A stretch of 64,000 bases of DNA, taken from the NCBI GenBank assembly GCA_964016885.1, contig OZ024740.1, positions 178,126,001 through 178,190,000 of the forward strand. The letters run 5' to 3'. Shown piece after piece: positions 52,859-64,000 of the stretch. Within the stretch, counting starts at the first letter, position 1. The number at the start of each line of letters is the position of its first letter. A program made the position numbers and the translations under genes. The notes beneath the pieces are model-generated. The model ran no database searches, had not been told where the DNA came from, and saw nothing but the letters and a program-made list of their open reading frames with translations. Origin of the DNA: Eledone cirrhosa. Its lineage: Eukaryota.

Positions 52859-54763
52859 ACTTCTACAAAGGTAAAGGTGATGCACTCGATAGAGGAAACT
52901 ATAGCGGTATAAAGCTGATGGACCATGTCATGAAAGTAACAGAAAGAGTTATAGCACAGTTGATTAGGGACCGGGTGAAACTAGATACTTCTACAAAGGT
53001 AAAGGTGATGCACTCGATAGAGGAAACTATAGCGGTATAAAGCTGATGGACCATGTCATGAAAGTAACAGAAAGAGTTATAGCACAGTTGATTAGGGACC
53101 GGGTGAAACTAGATGAGATGCAATTTGGGTTTGTACCAGGAAGAGGTACCACTGATGCCCTCTTCCTTGTGAGGCAGTTACAGGAAAAGTACCTAGCTAA
53201 AAGTAAGCCACTCTACCTGGCATTCGTCGATCTCGAGAAGCCTTTGACAGAGTTCCACGTGCTGTAATCTGGTGGGCTCTTAGAAAACTAGGAGTAGATG
53301 AATGGCTTGTGAAAGCTGTACAAGCCATGTATAGGGGAGCAGTCAGCAAAGTTAGGATTAGCAATGAGTATAGCGAGGAATTTAGCGTACAGGTTGGGGT
53401 CCACCAGGGCTCTGTTCTTAGCCCTCTCCTGTTCATTATAGTCCTGCAGGCAATAACGGAGGAGTTTAAGACCGGATGCCCATGGGAACTCCTGTATGCT
53501 GATGACCTCGCACTTATAGCTGAATCTATGGTAGAACTAGAGAAGTAATTCCAAACCTGGAAGCAGGGACTAGAAAGAAAGGTCTCAAAGTCAACATGAC
53601 AAAGACTAAGGTCCTTGTAAGTAGACGAGAAAACAGAACCCAGATCCCCTCAGGGAAATGGCCTTGCTCAGTATGTAGGAAAGGTGTAGGTAGGAACTCC
53701 ATTCTCTGCCCCAAATGCAAACAATGGGTACACAAGAGATGTAGCGGGATCTCAGGAAGCTTAATTAAGAATGTAGGCTTCACATGCAGCAGCTGTACTG
53801 GGATAGCAAGCAGCAAACAGCCTCAGGAAACAAGTACCACCAATCTCTGGGAGGGCTCTGTAGAGACAGTAGACAGCTTCTGCTACCTAGGTGACCGAAT
53901 TAGCAGCGGAGGTGGGTGTTCAGAAAGTACAATAACTAGGGTAAGAACGGGATGGAAGAAGTTCAGGGAACTACTACCACTGCTAGCTGCAAAAGGCTTC
54001 TCTCTCAAAATGAAAGGCAGACTGTATGATGCGTGTATCCGAACAGCAATGTTACATGGTAGTGAGACCTGGGCGCTGAAGGTGGAAGACTTACGTAGAT
54101 TAGAGAGAAACGAAGCCTGCATTCTCCGATGGATGTGTAATAGTAATGTAATATACGCGAACGACAAAGCATAAATGAATTGAGAGAGAGACTGAGCATA
54201 AGAGGAATCAAATTCTGTGTGCAGGAGAGGTGGATGCGTTGGTATGGACATGTGATGCGTATGAAGGATGACAGCTGCATAAAAAGGTGCAGAGCACTAG
54301 AAGTCGATGGAAACCGTGGAGTGGGGAGACCCAAGATGACCAGGGATGAGGTGATAAAAGCCGACCTTACCTAATTACACCTCTCAAAGGCGATGACACA
54401 CGACCGTGACCTCTGGCGTCACGCAGTAATACAGAGTACCCGACCTCCCATGGGTACAAGCTGAAGCATATAGACAATATGCCCCCACAGCCTTCCACTG
54501 CAAGGTGGTCGTGGAGGTGCCACGGCAAAAAAGCACCCAGCCCACACTGTAAAGTGGACGTGTAGGCGCCACGAAAAAGCACCCAGCACTCACTGTAAAT
54601 GAGGTTGGTGTTAGGAAGGGCATCCAGCTGTAGAAATCAAGCCAAATCAGTTCCTGTATGAGCAAGGCATGGTCAGCCGACCAGACACTGCCCACAACAG
54701 GACAACCCGTCTAACCCATGCTAGCGTGGAAGAACGGACGTAAAACGGTGATGATGATGATGA
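52859..54763 (+). mobile_element. 5'-truncated, frameshifted copy of the 31907 RTE family
   Basis: Closely matches about 33558-35328; (GAT)n tail; 128-bp tandem duplication at 52853-53108. Confidence 0.92.
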
Positions 54764-56887
54764 AACCAAAGATTTGTATGGCAGACTTATGGTTCTTGCC
54801 AGGTCCGACCGAGACGTGAACCAGAAAGAAGCAATTAGCAATAACGAGTTCACCTTGATGCCAAGAGCACTCTTTGCCCCAAACTCTGACAAGTCCAAAC
54901 TCATTCATCTCCTTGAGCAGATAGCATCAGAGAAAACAGCACAAGGCGATTCACTGCAAGATGAAGCCACTGAAAAGGACAATCTCAATCACAACAGGAG
55001 GGTTGCGGTGGTAGATGGAATGGTGCTTATTCAGAAGCTGACTAAGAAACCAGCTACCATGGTTACAGTGAGAGATCTAAGCCAAAGTTTCTAAAGACTG
55101 ATGAACCTCACGCAGAACTTTGATGAAATAATTCTCGTGTTTGACACATATAAGACCGATTCCTTGACGAATGCAACCAGGCAGAAGAGACGCCAGAGGA
55201 AAGATCCAGTCCAGTATCAAGTCAGAGATGAGACGAGCATCAAGCACATAACCATGAGCAGATTCCTGTCACATGAAAAGACGAAGGCTGATTTGACCAA
55301 GTACTTGGTAGAAAAGACTCTGTACTACAGCAAATATTCCTCCAAGCTTGTCATCACTTCAGCATCTGGCCAAACCAGGAGCAACAAGGATTTGGAACCC
55401 TTCAGTGAAAACAACCACGAGGAAGCTGACACACTGATGATATGCCTTGCAGTATCTTCAACAAGGCAAAACCCAAGAGATATGCAACTAACTTTCTTTC
55501 ACCTGACACATGTCCTGGTTCTGGTAATTGCCAACTATGATTTGTTACCTAGGCACACCTCCATCTCCATGGCATCAAGTGTTCTAAAGATCCAGCTATT
55601 CTGGGACGTTCTAGGTCCAGCAAAGGCGAAGGCTTTACCTGCATTCCATGCCTTCTCTGGCGCCGATAATACGGGAAGGTTTGCTAGAGTAGGAAAGGCC
55701 ACATGGTTCAAGATCTTCCTTGAAGCTGACGATAACACCATTGACGCTCTGAAAAAGCTGTCTGATGATACTGAAGTGACTGAAGAACTTCTGACCAGCT
55801 TGGAAAGTTTTGTGTGTCCTGCCTACAGTCCAAAGGAATCCAAATCAAAAGCATTCCAGAGTTGCGATGGTACCTGTTCTGTAAATACATGTCAGAGAGT
55901 GACAAGTTACCACCTACAGTTAGTGCCCTCAAGCAGCACATCTTAAGGGTACATGTGCAAGCACGAGTTTGGGGCCAGGCAAGCACTCTCCAGAAAGTTC
56001 CGCTGGATCCAATGCAGAACGGCTACTACAAGGGAGATGATGGCCAACTAAAGCCCACCACTACTGATGATCCTCCAGAACCTAAAGCCATCATCGAGAT
56101 GGTGAGATGCCAGTGCAAGGGAGATTGTTCCTCACAAAGATGTTCCTGAAGGTCAAAGAATCTGCAGTGCACCGACCTTTGCCTGTGCACCACACAGTGT
56201 GAAAATGACGTGGAAAGAGTTTATGAAAACCTTGACTCAGGTAATACTGATAGTGAGAGTGATGACTGATATCATGGTTATGACTGATTCCGTTCTAAAA
56301 GTGGCAATAACAAAGTGTGCACAAATTTGTATTCCTGCCTGTTAAAAGTCATGACTGATTGTATCGTGAAATGGACAAAAGCAAAGTGTCCACGAATTAA
56401 TTGTTTTATGTATTAAAATAAAGTGTACGTGAAGACTAATTTATTTTTATTTGTTTTATGTATTAAAATAAAGTGTACGTGAAGACAAATTTATTTTTAT
56501 TATGTTTGACTGGTGCTTGAGTGGATCTAGAGAAGAAATATCATATTCGCATGTGGTGTTTGCAGTTTTATCATTAAAATTGGTATTTGTATTTAAAAAA
56601 TCTTTCTTCATGTTAAACGTAAGTGATTGTAGTCAATTTCTCTAGACTTCTGGCCCCTTAAAATGTAAGTTTAACCACTGAAAGTAAAAGGCTACATGGC
56701 TTGGAAGTGGATATATTGGTAAATTTAGATTTCAAACGGTTGCCATTTTGAAGCCCTAAGACGGCCATGTTCGGAACCCTAAAAAAATGGCAACAATGAT
56801 TTTTGTGTTCAATACATCCTAACGTTTCCAAAAATGTATAGTAAATCTAAAAAAAAATTGAATGAAAATACACAAGGAACTGGACTA
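54764..56887 (+). mobile_element. Academ-type DNA transposon 3' half (XPG/H3TH-like domain plus Cys8 finger)
   Basis: VVDGM, NHEEADTL, ALPAFHAFSGADNTGRF.RVGK, LPPT...HILRVHVQARVW and C.C...C...RCS...CT..C.C. The right terminus ...gaactggaCTA reads TAGTCCAG on the - strand. Confidence 0.75.
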
Positions 56888-59800
56888 ATAGTACATCATG
56901 GAAATTTAGGCACATGTATTTATCACAACGTGATGAAGAAAATGAAGTATCGTTACCACACTCCTTAAAACCTGTATGCCCTACTCAATGGCCAACATGA
57001 CTTCTGCAGTCAAAGCTCTTCTTGAAAATTATTCAGATGTCCTCATTCCTTTACAAGAGGCAACAAATGAGTTTGGCACCAACATTGCATCCAGAGCTAA
57101 TGTTATTCTTATGTGTCTCTCTACGGGCCAATGTGTTCTTAGATTGCATGTTGTAGTTCCATTACTTCAACTCCTTGAAGGATTGAACAAATCTTTTCAA
57201 AGTACCACCTTCAATCTAGGTAGCATGTTGCATAGTGTCAAACTGGTGCAGGAGGAGCTAAAAAATCTACGCAGTGAAGAAAAATTTCAGGAGCTGTTCA
57301 ATACAGCAGAAAAATGATTTATAAACTCAATATTTCTCCTTTGGAGCTACCCAGGCAACAAAAAGTTCCTAAAAGACACCAGGAAGGAAATGCATTAAAA
57401 TATCAACACTGCACTGCTTTGGATCGTTACAGAGTGTAGTATTTGCAGCTAGTGGATACTGCAATGGCAAATTTGAAAGATTTTTTTCTCAGGATTTAGC
57501 AGATTATGAAAATCTGAGCAATGGAAATTTTTGTGCTGAAGTGATCATGGAATATCCAGAGCTTGATGAATTTTCTTTAAGGAACAAAATACTTTATTAT
57601 AGAAATCATCATAGTGGGTCATCTCTCGAGGATCATTGTAAAATATTCGGTGAAGTGCAACCAGATGTCCATTGCATATTTCCAAATGTTGAGCGATTGC
57701 CCAGGCTACTTTTAGTGTTTCCAACCAGTTCTTGTGAAGCTGGAAGATCTTTTAATGCTCTGTGGAGACTCAAAACTTGGCTGTGATCAGCCATGACTCA
57801 GCAAAGGTTGAATCATATTCTAATATGCCACGTTCATAGAGATGTTTTGAAAAAGATTAGTTGTGAAGAAGTTGCTAAATTATTTGACAGCAATGATGTG
57901 AGATATAATAGATTTGGAAAGTTCTAAAAGACAATAAATTTACTTTGTATTTTTTATTCATTTTTTTTTTAAATTATTTTTTGTTTATTTGATAAAATAA
58001 ATTCTTTTTAAGCCTATTTTTTAAATATCTGAACTGCATTTGAATGTATAAAATTTAATTAGTATAAAATTTTAGCATAAAATTTTACTTATGTGATAGG
58101 GTACAGGAAAGGCACCATAAGCAATACTAACATGCTTCTTTAATCAACAAATGTTGGTTTGTCTCCCTCACATTTTAAAGGCAAATGAGGCCCCTGGACA
58201 CTTCACTTAAACAACCTGTAGAATCAGCAAAACACTGTGTGATAAGGCTGGATCTTTAAATAACAGGTTCAATATATTTGATAGACTTTTGCACAGTTTC
58301 TGTCATTCCAATTTCACTTACAAGACTTGGGGCAAACTGATTTTATAGGAAAACACATTTGCCTATGATGCCATGCTGTAGGACTGATGTATTGGCTCTG
58401 AATTCAAAACAAACTTCTTAACTATTCAACAATCAACTAATCGGCTAGTAATGAAAGTAAATTTCATTTTCTCACTATACTTACCATCCATCACAACACC
58501 AGAACCACAAACAATAGGTTCTATGTTAGTATATCATCCTACCAGTAGTCTAATTTGTTTGGTTGAGCTATTTATGTTTATATATACATACATTCACCTT
58601 TATTGATTGCTGGTTACATTAAGTTAGGTGTAATCAAAAAAGTAAGGGGGCAAATTGGCAAAGTCCTTATTGCATCAGATTAAAAATGCTTTGGTATTTC
58701 TTCTGGCTCATTGTCCTCTGAGTTCAAATCCTGTTGAGGTCAACTTTGCCTTTCATCCTTTTGAGGTCGATAATGAAAGTATCAGTCCTGTACTGTTTGT
58801 TCTTCCTTTATGACTTACTCTTTCTTTGCCATGTTTAAAGTGCCAAAGACATGGTGTCTATCAGGACTGTGCCCCTACAACTATCAAGAGTTAAGGGCAC
58901 TTCCTTCTTATTGTGAAAAGTGAAGATAGCTAAATTGTTAGGTCTTTTCTGGCTCTTTACCTTCTGTATTTAAATCCCAGATGTCAACATTGGCTTTCAT
59001 CCCCCTGAGATTACTAAAGTAAAGTACCAACCGAAATTCCATCCCACAAATTTTTGACTTTGTTTCTATGTTAGAAAAAGTTAAAATCATTATGTATCAA
59101 CATACCTTATTTCCCGGCATCAAAGATGCTACTTTTTTTCCTAAAATAAGTCTAAAAAATCTACCAATGCGTCCCTGAGGCCGAATGTTGTTTATTATTT
59201 TTATTTTTTAATTTTTTGTTGTCAAAATTAGGGTGCGTCCCAGATGACGAAGCGTCTGATTTAACACTGATCATTGGGTATGGTTAGCAGAAACCATTCT
59301 GTTGCAAACATTCAGGCCAAATCTCTGATCAGAGAATAATTACCTCCCTTCATCTCACTAATCTTTGAGACCCTAAAATGGGGTCTGCCTTTCCTACTTT
59401 GAAAAAAAAAAAAAACTCCCTTTTAATTTTGAAATCAAAGCCTGTTGAGGTCATTTCAACCGTCCATACTGAGGTAGGTATGTATAATTGTTTCTACTTT
59501 TGGTACAAGGCCAGCAATTATCTCAGTGTATAACTGGTACTTTATTTTATCGACCCCGTAAGGATGAAAGGCAAAGTTAACCTCGGCGGGATTTGAACTC
59601 AGACCATAAAGGGCCGTAACTCTTTGCTGCAAAGCATGGCGTCCGACCTACCAATACTGCCAATCCACCGCCCGGTAGGTATGTATAATAAATACCAATA
59701 ATGTACCCAAGTTGATGGTATTGTTTAACTTCATGTCAACCTTGGTATTGCAGGCCTATGATCAAACACCTTCCATATGTAGCCATATTGTTTTTGTTTT

Positions 59801-60705
59801 CAGGAATAGTTTATCAAGGGGTACATTATTCAATGTGCTTGTCTTTTATTTTAAGAGAGTAGGGTCCAATTTAAGAGACATTTGGTTGCTATTTCTGGCT
59901 GATAGAAGAAATGTAATCTGGAAATATGTTCAAGATATCCATTATATTTTATGGCATGAAGAACACCAGTATTACTATAAAAACATCATTAAATAATAAA
60001 TATGAAGCCTTTGTTTCATTAAAAACAAAAACAAAGAACAAAATCAAAACCAAATAAGAAAATCAATATTTATTTATTTATTTGTTCAGTAAATCTAAAT
60101 CTTCCTCTGACTTTTGGAAATATTTCTTTTCTCCACCAAATCTTAATATTGGCAACTTGTGTTCCTAGAAATTTAATATGACTACTGGCATCTTAAATGT
60201 TCACAACCCGCTTGATGCTAATGTCTTTAGGAGCCTGTCAGTCTACATAATATGGCAGTGAACATAACAGTCTATTGTCTTTTAAATGAAATGTGCTGAT
60301 ATGATTAATCCAGTTTTCGCATTACATACTGTGCATGGTTTTGTGGAGTATAATAGATGCGCAGTGAAAATCTGAGAGACAAACAGTCGAAAAGGCAGAC
60401 AGACAGATAGATAGATATATAGATAGATAGTCATACTGACTAAGTGCAAGTTTATCTAGGAAAGTTGATTGGATAATGTAAAGTTCATTGTTCGGTACTT
60501 GGTATTTGCAAGATAGAAAAATTACACTGGTAACAATAAGAGCATGATCGATTATGGTGTAAAACTTTTGTTGAAAACAACCACAACAATATCAACACCA
60601 ACAAAAGAAATAAACAGAAAGTTTATTCTGTGAAATGGCATTAGAGAATATTGTGTAGTAGTAGTGGTGGTGGTAATAGTAGTATTAACAATAGTTATAG
60701 TAGTT

Positions 60706-61040
60706 GTGAAGGCTTAGTGGTTAGAGCATTGGGTTTGCAACTGAAAGGTTGTGAGTTCGATTCTTGGACTGGGTGATTACATTGTGTTCCTTGAGCAAGA
60801 CACTTTATTTCATGAGTTGTGATGTCACTGGTGCCAAGCTGTATCGGCCATTACCTTTCCCTTGGACAACATCGGTGGCATGGTGAGGGGTGACTGGTAT
60901 GCATGGGCGACTGCTGGTCTTCCACAAAAAACCTTGCCCACGCTTGTGCCTCAAAGGCTGAACTCCAGGGTCAACCTTGATAAAAACAACTATGATAAAA
61001 GGCATTTCAACCATGACCATCCATAAAGTCTTTCTTGAAC
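60706..61040 (+). mobile_element. tRNA/CORE-like SINE with a different 3' body
   Basis: Head as at 21374 (ggcttagtggttagagc...gagttcgattc...ccttgagcaagacacttt) with a non-RTE tail. Confidence 0.7.
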
Positions 61041-62430
61041 CTAGAATCTCATCAGGCCAGAACATATTCTAGTTTCATGAGATGTTAAATGACAAAGAAT
61101 ATAAGATGCCCCTTGGATAGTCCATCACAAGGTTAGCTCTTAGCTACTGCTAATGCTTAGTTTTCAGCTGAGTGTATTGAAGCAATGTAAAATGAAATGC
61201 TTTGCTTAAAGATAAAATGCAACAGTTGGACAAATACAAGACAAACCCCCACTCCTCACATATTTCTCTCTTTAAAATAAAGATACACCTTGGACAATGC
61301 ACTCCTAGATACACTATATCTGAATAAAAGTTAGGGTGGTCATAACTATAACATCTTTAATCATAAGTCTACTTGATAGTGGCAGACACAATAGCTAAAC
61401 AGCAAAAAGATCACTACATCTATTTTGGGTGATTGATCTGCTAGAAATCATAACCAATTCCCTCATAAATATTCAAAACTCTTACACAAAGTACTGCACA
61501 CAAAGTGATGTAGTTTTAGACCAATTCCTCTTTGAGCCTTCAACTGTTAATGAAATTGTAGAATCCACTTGAGGATTTTGAATCCCAATTTCTTCAAGTG
61601 AAGGTGGGGCTTATAATAGTAACAACAACGAGGAAGAGAAAAAGGAGAAGGATAAGAGCGAGACAAAGAAGTAAAAAAAAGAACAGAAAAAGGAGAAGGA
61701 TTGTCTTCAGTACTTAACTAGTACTTCATCAACCCTGAAGAGATTTCAACTCAGAGTGCAAAGAGCTGGAAGGAATACTACAACAACTCTGCTAATTTAC
61801 CATCTTCTCCCAGTTATACTCAGTCAAAATAAAACATCTGCTGGCCTTGACTGGAACATCTTTGATAATAGGTCTAAGAAACCAGGGCTGGCTTAAGGCT
61901 AAATATGAAAAAAAAAAAAATTCAACATTTCCAACAAAATTTTCTCCTGCAGCAAATGATCAGAAACCATTAGATTTGCAAAGAAAAGATTTTTGTCTTC
62001 AAACTTTTATTGCCTCAACTGTTATGTTGTTTACCACATTTGTGCTTAATCATTGCTGCTTCTGTTAGTGTTTATATTTGTTTCAATTACCATTTTACAG
62101 CTCCATTTTGTCTGCTTCAGATTTCTTTATTTGGAGAAATGTTTTAAAAACACACATTAACAAAGATTTATTTATTTATATATTCTTCATTATGTTATTT
62201 GCGTATGTATTCCTTTATTACTAACAGAATACCCGGTATTACCCAGGCTGAAAATTAACTATAAATGTATCCGAATTGTACTTATTGAAGGCATATTTGA
62301 TTTAATAGAACACTATTAGATTTCTTTTGAAAAGGTAACTATGATGTTATTGTTTTCAAAAGAGTTTATGGTATTCTTGTATCTAATTCCCTTTGCTACA
62401 AATACACACTTAATAGGAATAGTATACTAT

Positions 62431-62695
62431 CTATCTATGTAGGGCGGGTAAAATTCCTGAGATCCATGGACGAGTTCTCTCCAGCGGTCTCTGTCTCTCA
62501 TCATCACTGCCATGTCCTGCGTCTCCAATAAACTAGTGTCTGTCCTGAGGGCATCAACATATGGTAACTTCGGTCTTCCTCTTCTAGTGTGTCCATGCAG
62601 GGGCTCCCACAGGAGCACTGAGTGCAGTGTTAACTCTGGATGTCGGTGAGCATGTCCAGCTAACATCAGTCTCCTCTGTGTCACTTTTGAATGAG
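62431..62695 (-). mobile_element. RTE-like LINE 3' fragment with TSD
   Basis: QRRLMLAGHAHRHPE...WEP.HG..RRGRPK, flanked by the direct repeat atagtatactat. Confidence 0.8.
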
Positions 62696-64000
62696 ATAGT
62701 ATACTATATGATTTAATTGTGTAAATCTCATATAGCTAATTTATGTATATTAAATTAAAAACAAAAGGTTAAGTGGAATTGAAAGCAGTTTAAAATTTTT
62801 TTTTTTTTCTTGATAAACAGTAATTCTTAAAAGAATTTTTGAAATAAGTTGGTTGGAAACAAAGTCATTCTTATAAGGTATGGAAACTGGATGGCTTAGA
62901 GTTAATCCAAGTATCTAAATATTGGATATGGCCAGGAAAAATAACTAAGAATTATGCTTATTCACAGATTTATGACATTCATTCTGTAACCTTCATCACA
63001 GCCTTCCAAATTCTTAAAACACTATTGACAACACCTCTTTTTTTTTTTTTTACCAATATTATAAATAAAAATACATTTTTTTGCCAGGGGAAGAGGGACC
63101 TCAAACTTCTGATCATCTTACATAAAATTGGCAATGAGTAAGTAAATTATGATTCCTGCTCATCTTTGTTTTCAAAGTAGTGGTGGATGTTGTAAGTGTG
63201 GGACATCTTCACTATGGTATTATTGATGAAAAAATCATTTACATTTCCATTTAAATATGATTTAAAAAAAAATTAATGATTAAATAAAAAATTAAATAAT
63301 TATCAGTCAAGTTGTGGTCAACATAAAGGACAGTTCTTTCCTACCAAAATGTCTGGTCTTGTGCCTATATAAAAATTTCAACAACGCAATTTTACACTAA
63401 AAATATACAAAACATACATCTTGACAGTTAAGGATGAACCAATAGCTTAAAAGAGAGTAGGGCTGTATTGAAGCGATAGGGAAAGAAAATACAACGAAGT
63501 AAAAATATGGGAATATGTGAGTGAATAGAAGTAAAAGGTGCTAATAATGTGTGAGAGGGAGAGATGGCCAGTAAGAGTTAGAATAGTAAAAGAAATTGAT
63601 CCTGCCCAGTATTGATAGTGGGGGGGAAAAGCGTTAGCTACATACAAACGAACAGGAATGATAGCAAAATGGGGGAAATGAACATGTGATGAGAAATATG
63701 TAGAGATGCTTAAAGTAGGCAATGGGCATGTTTTCGAGAAGTTCATATACTTGAAAATAAAAACGCAGAGATTCAATATAATGTATATTCAGCTTAATGT
63801 TTGAAATAAAGAATAAAGCATACTTATGTTCACATAATAAAGATAAATTCAATAGCGAGATTCAAACTCATTACATAAAAAGGGATCTTTAAATAATAAA
63901 CGAAACAAACAAAAATAACAATGCAGTCGAGAGTTAATGTACACATAGTTCGAATTTGTGTTCAATCAAATATTGACAAGTCGCTGTAAGCAACCAATCT

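Larger units (their letters stand above)
51152..58196 (+). mobile_element. Decayed hAT transposon (ZMYM1/DUF4371-type transposase) with nested insertions
   Basis: Degenerate TIRs caaaggtcttgttt / aaatgaggcccctg; TSD gacacatg/gacacttc. N-terminal LKYLVKQGLAIQG...YTSAEIQNDIL; C-terminal dimerization motif PTSSCEAGRSFNALWRLKTWL. Confidence 0.8.

Noticed and set aside
59800-60375. Acceptor-like sites followed by short frames (+59803, -60164, -60371) as terminal exons of neighbouring genes
   Set aside because: No recognisable homology or partner exons; RNA-seq would be needed.
62221-62250. Helitron-like 3' hairpin plus TTAG on the minus strand
   Set aside because: No 5' end or coding remnant identified.

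Overview
AT-rich, repeat-dense animal genomic DNA. The SINE and LINE families and the long (TA)n tracts suggest a cephalopod, probably an octopod (inference). The one complete host gene I can reconstruct is a 7-exon DNAJB13 (+ strand, CDS 11376-50548, 954 nt, 317 aa, J-domain with HPD). It has a GC-AG first intron and an RFX X-box about 90 bp upstream of the ATG. A probable first exon of a divergent ciliary gene (CFAP47-like) lies on the - strand at 8968-9114. The rest is mostly transposable elements: a decayed Helitron, CRE-like RLE retrotransposon pieces, an intact RTE-group LINE with many truncated copies and partner SINEs, two Penelope-like (GIY-YIG) families, a CR1-group 3' end, and a hAT element containing RTE and Academ insertions. 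The most striking signal is in the 26-kb DNAJB13 intron 4, which holds about 17 hammerhead-ribozyme motifs from four unrelated families, embedded in TA microsatellite. These include a near-perfect 310-bp tandem array that inverts midway (12 complete hammerheads, retrozyme/circRNA-like) and a hammerhead with a compensatory U3-A8 catalytic core. All ribozyme calls come from manual base-pairing and have not been tested.
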